A stretch of DNA of 39,757 bases, from NCBI GenBank assembly GCA_032718475.1, contig JAUCBJ010006361.1, positions 1-39,757 of the forward strand, written 5' to 3'. Below are positions 36,021 through 39,757 of the stretch, piece after piece. Position 1 is the stretch's first letter. Every line of letters starts with the position of its first letter. Made by a program: the position numbers and the translations under genes. This DNA comes from Nemertoderma westbladi (Eukaryota > Animalia > Xenacoelomorpha). A model generated the notes under the pieces. It did no database searches and was not told the DNA's origin. It saw only the letters and a program-made list of their open reading frames with translations.

Positions 36021-36146
36021 GTCCCAATGGTGATCCATGTACAATCTGTTCTGGATATCAATATATGTGTGTTGTAGAAAGAGGAATACCACATTGTAAC
36101 TGTGCCTTTATAGAAGATCCTCAGAGTATGATTGACATATGCAAAG
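36021..36146 (+). CDS. Exon 3 (EGF-like domain), symmetric phase 1-1; gene probably continues downstream
   Basis: Acceptor GTGTTTAG|, 126 nt, PNGDPCTICSGYQYMCVVERGIPHCNCAFIEDPQSMIDICK (6 Cys with CxC), and donor AAG|GTAAGT at 36147. Too short to appear in the ORF track. Confidence 0.7.
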
Positions 36147-36589
36147 GTAAGTATAAAATCAGTTCAATAACATTCATTAGAGTTCATTCATCAAGCAAGC
36201 TATGAATGTTGGTTGTGTTGGTATGAACTATGAAGCCAGATTTATATACATAAAACAGCTCACAAATCGAGAGAGGTTTATAGCACTGAGTAATCAACGG
36301 AGGAGAACATCAGCGGAGGTGAATTCACCAGAGGAGAATGTAGTGCGGTGGTCAATCACAGTCTTTTTCCCTCTGCACAGTGTTCTTATGCCTTACCCAC
36401 CATGTCATTGAAACTGAAGTAAGAACCAATCAGAGACCCGCAGAGATGGAAAAGAGCTCTTGTGATGAGATTATGACGATTTGTGAATACCCCAGTAAGG
36501 AAGTAGTCCTATGTTGTGTGAGATGAGTGAAATGTTGACAAAATTCTAATTCAAAAAGTCCAATTAACGTAAACCTTGAGTATGTCTTG

Positions 36590-37420
36590 AGTAAATCCTG
36601 CCAAGTACCTAACTGATCTAGACTTTGCTGATGACTTAGGAGTACTCTCAGAATCACTAGAGGGAGCCCAACGGCTCCTCGGTTCATTAGAACATGCTGC
36701 TTCTAGTGTTGGTCTTTTTATTAACTCCAGAAAGACCAAAATTTTGACAGTTAATTTAGTCCTCAGCAAGTCTCTGATCGGATGAGCATAAGCTCAAAAG
36801 ATGGTATGCTTGAGCATGTGGATGATTTCTGTTACCTGGAATCATGGATCCGGAAGTCAGGTGAGGACCTTCGAATACTTAAGGGAAAGGCATGGGCAGC
36901 CTTGAATAGGCTTTCCAGGATTTGGAAGTCACCGAGAATTAATCGGTAACTAAAGGTCCGATTATTTAGAGCATCAGTAGAGCCAGTACTCCTCTATGGG
37001 AGTCCATGCTGGGCTCTAACTGCTGAGGACACCAAATCTCTGGATGGCACATTCACAAGAATGCTACGCCGGGTTCATTGTGTCAAGTACAATGCACACA
37101 TCTCCAACCAGACACTATATAACATTGGAGGTGTCTCATTGGTTCCACCAAGCTTGACACTCGAACAAAATCGCCTCCGCTTTGCAGAACATTGCTTTCG
37201 CCGTGAGGACCAGCCAGTGCATAATTTTGTACTTTGGATGAATAAGCATGGTGGACAGCCCATGACTTTCTTGAGACGCATCTTAAAGGACACTGACCTT
37301 GAAGATGCGGATGATCTAGCAAATGTCATGGGTGATAGGGAGTTGTGGCGGTGCAATTTTGTCGATAAGCCGGCACAGCATTCTTAAAAATGCAGCTGCA
37401 ATGCAGTATGCCGATCCTAG
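36590..37420 (+). mobile_element. 5'-truncated RTE-type LINE (same family as 14620..15108)
   Basis: KYLTDLDFADDL, VGLFINSRKTK, DDFCYL, LLYG and RLRFAEHCFR; ends GCCGATCCTAG like the other copy. Confidence 0.85.
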
Positions 37421-37639
37421 TATGTCTTACTTGTCCGCTTATTAAATAATGTTAACAAAATGTCAGACTGAATTTTTTCATTTGAAGAAAAAACACGACT
37501 GAGATTTTGTTATAAAATTTATTAATCCCTATTATATATCATTAAATACATGTATATTCCCATTGGCATTACATAAATCAATTACTTACATATGCGGATT
37601 AATTGTGTTACTAATTAAATAAGTCGATAAATATACGGT

Positions 37640-39320
37640 ACTTTGCAGTCTGAATATTAATGGGGATTCATCAGTCCAGTATAGCATGATAGTCGAGTCG
37701 GTGTGACGGCAGTCCCCGCGGTTCGTGGTGTTGTGGAGTTGAGCCACAATCTCCCGGAGGAAGGTGTAAGTCTCTGGACCGATCCGGCCAAAGATCTGAA
37801 AGGGCACCGGGTGAAAGAAGTCCATTAGGTCGCAGTAGGCCTAGTTTGCGTTTTTGACGCGTTCTGCCCGTCTGCCATGTGTCACCCAGCATTGATGGTT
37901 TGTTAGTTGAAGGTTCCTGGGGGCCAGTAGATCTACCACTGTGTCGTACCGTGTTAGGGTTCTGCGCTGAGATCGTGAGGTCATGGTCACGTCATCCACT
38001 CTCCTCCCATCGCTACGACATAAACCTGGGGGTTAGCGGATAGAAGGAAGCCCACATCCAACCTGCGCCCGTCGAACGATATCATTCAACATCGCGTGGC
38101 GGGTGTCCCGACCACCACTCAACTGGCAGTAGAGCCCATGAAGGCCATTAGTAGTTTTGTGTGCATCATGGACAGGGGTCATCCACGTCCTCTGAATGGT
38201 CGTTCTAGGTGGCGGTGAACCGGGAGGTAGAATGGCATCCCGTAGAGTGGGCGCTAATTCCTTAGCAGGGCTTGTGGTTGCCGCTGAAGGGGACAATCAG
38301 TTCGACACAGCAGGCAGCCAATGAAGCTAAAAAGGCAGGGGGTGCGAGTTGAACTGATGAGCTCTATCGAAGCCCGCCGACCTGGGACCGCAGGGTCGTC
38401 TATACAGTATGATAGTTGGCAACCTCTTATATACTGTATTCCGGAGAACTCTGCATAGCCAGTAGTGGCTCTGGGAAAGAAAACCACGGAGCTGTCCGGA
38501 CAAAGTACATGACCCGTGGAATCGCAAACGAGTTCTTCAGAAGGACAAACCGTGGGCGTCAAGCAGAGGTAGCCGGGCGGCAGGGCGGAGAGGTCCCACA
38601 CCTCCGTTATCAGACAAGAAGCGATGGCCATGTCTCCTATAGGGGTATCAAGCATCGTCAACTGGTCCTTGGAAGAAGACATCAATTTCTGGAAGACGGA
38701 TCATCGGGATCATGAACTCTCTCATGAGATCATCTGCTGAGCGAGAAGCGATCTGCGGCCTAGCCGTTAGTTGGACTGACCATGTTCTTTAGTATCTGGG
38801 GCCGCATCCTATTTGGTCCTCCGACACTGTCACAGGGAAACGAAGCTATCAACTTTTAGAGAACAGCATGTGAACACTGTCTAGCAGAATGAGGTACTTC
38901 GGGAGGTAAGTCTATCCAATCAGCGCGTCTCGGGGTATATCTCCCTTAAAGTCTGTGAGGTGCATCTGGGGTATCTGGTGCAATGGTGTCCTGAGAAGAG
39001 GCCAACCGAATAGCTCCCTTTACGACTCCATCCTCAATTTTCTCCGCCACAGCTGTGGCATGACGCACCGATTCAGGTGAGATTGTCTGGCGAGGTGGGG
39101 CTGGAGTACGAGACTGCGTTAGGGGACTACTCCCTGAACCAATTGAAATACGGAAGTTTTGCAATCAGTTTGACATGGGATGCAAGGGACTGCTGATATT
39201 TCCTCCCAATTCGCTTGGGTACTGGAATATAGCGATGGCCAACCAAAAGGAGATTGGTCCATTAGTGGACTTTCATAGGGTCAGACAGACAAACTGGCAC
39301 CCAGGCTAATATGGACTGAG
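37640..39320 (-). mobile_element. Degenerate, internally deleted CRE-type non-LTR retrotransposon (restriction-like endonuclease)
   Basis: KIEDGVVKGAIRLASSQDTIAP, HGLYC..RHAMLNDIVRRA, *PPGLCRSDGRRVDDVT (RxDGxRPDG-like) and FHPVPFQIFGRIGPET. Confidence 0.7.
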
Positions 39321-39757
39321 AAACCGGACTTACATCAGTGGATGGACTGTCTTTTCTTCCACAACTTCCGATACCTTGGATCTCCACCATTTGGGCCATT
39401 TACAGACCCCCGAAGAACGTCCCCAAGAGCGAAAAACACCCGGTCGACGAAACTCAAAATTCGAACCCAAGGCCATGGGTCCAAAGAAGAAACAAAAGAA
39501 AAAACGTGATATCTGATAAATCTTTTCACGTGCACTATTATAGTAAATCATAGTTGATCTGATATCAAACTTGTGTATAGTAGATTTGATAAAGTTATAT
39601 ATTGTTTGATATAAAATATTTAAGAAAAAAAGGTCATAAATGAAAAGTTAAAATTATTGAAGGGGGGGGGGGGGGGGGGGGGGGGTAGTTAATGATGCTA
39701 ATAGTTAGTGAACGTATGTACTGTAGACTGTGTAGACCCATATTACGACTACGTATC

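Noticed and set aside
39330-39553. Three overlapping short ORFs at the window end
   Set aside because: No recognisable motifs; the region looks like a non-coding repeat terminus.

Overview
AT-rich invertebrate (metazoan) genomic DNA, mostly a stack of decayed and nested transposable elements, with two host genes. 1-12.8 kb: pieces of a degenerate Helitron-like (HUH Rep) element interleaved with a truncated Tc1/mariner, a BEL/Pao LTR retrotransposon split in two, and a near-full-length RTE-type LINE. 15.4-20.0 kb and 24.0-25.0 kb: two arrays of one 21-bp palindromic satellite (GAATATTGATTCAATATGTGY) with higher-order duplications, flanking an APE-RT LINE. 25.5-26.5 kb: an intact single-exon, divergent metaxin-1-like gene. 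27.2-29.65 kb: an internally deleted Gypsy element with a tRNA-Pro primer-binding site. The rest holds LINE, Penelope and CRE fragments, a tRNA-derived SINE, and the first three phase-1 exons of a secreted PAN-PAN-EGF protein gene (34.1-36.1 kb). Best leads: the palindromic satellite and its abutting LINE, the atypical Helitron-like element, and internal evidence that the over-represented TAGGCCTA and TACAGTA words are transposon excision scars. There is no CRISPR array, rRNA or intact tRNA gene. All family calls come from motif recognition by eye, not database searches.
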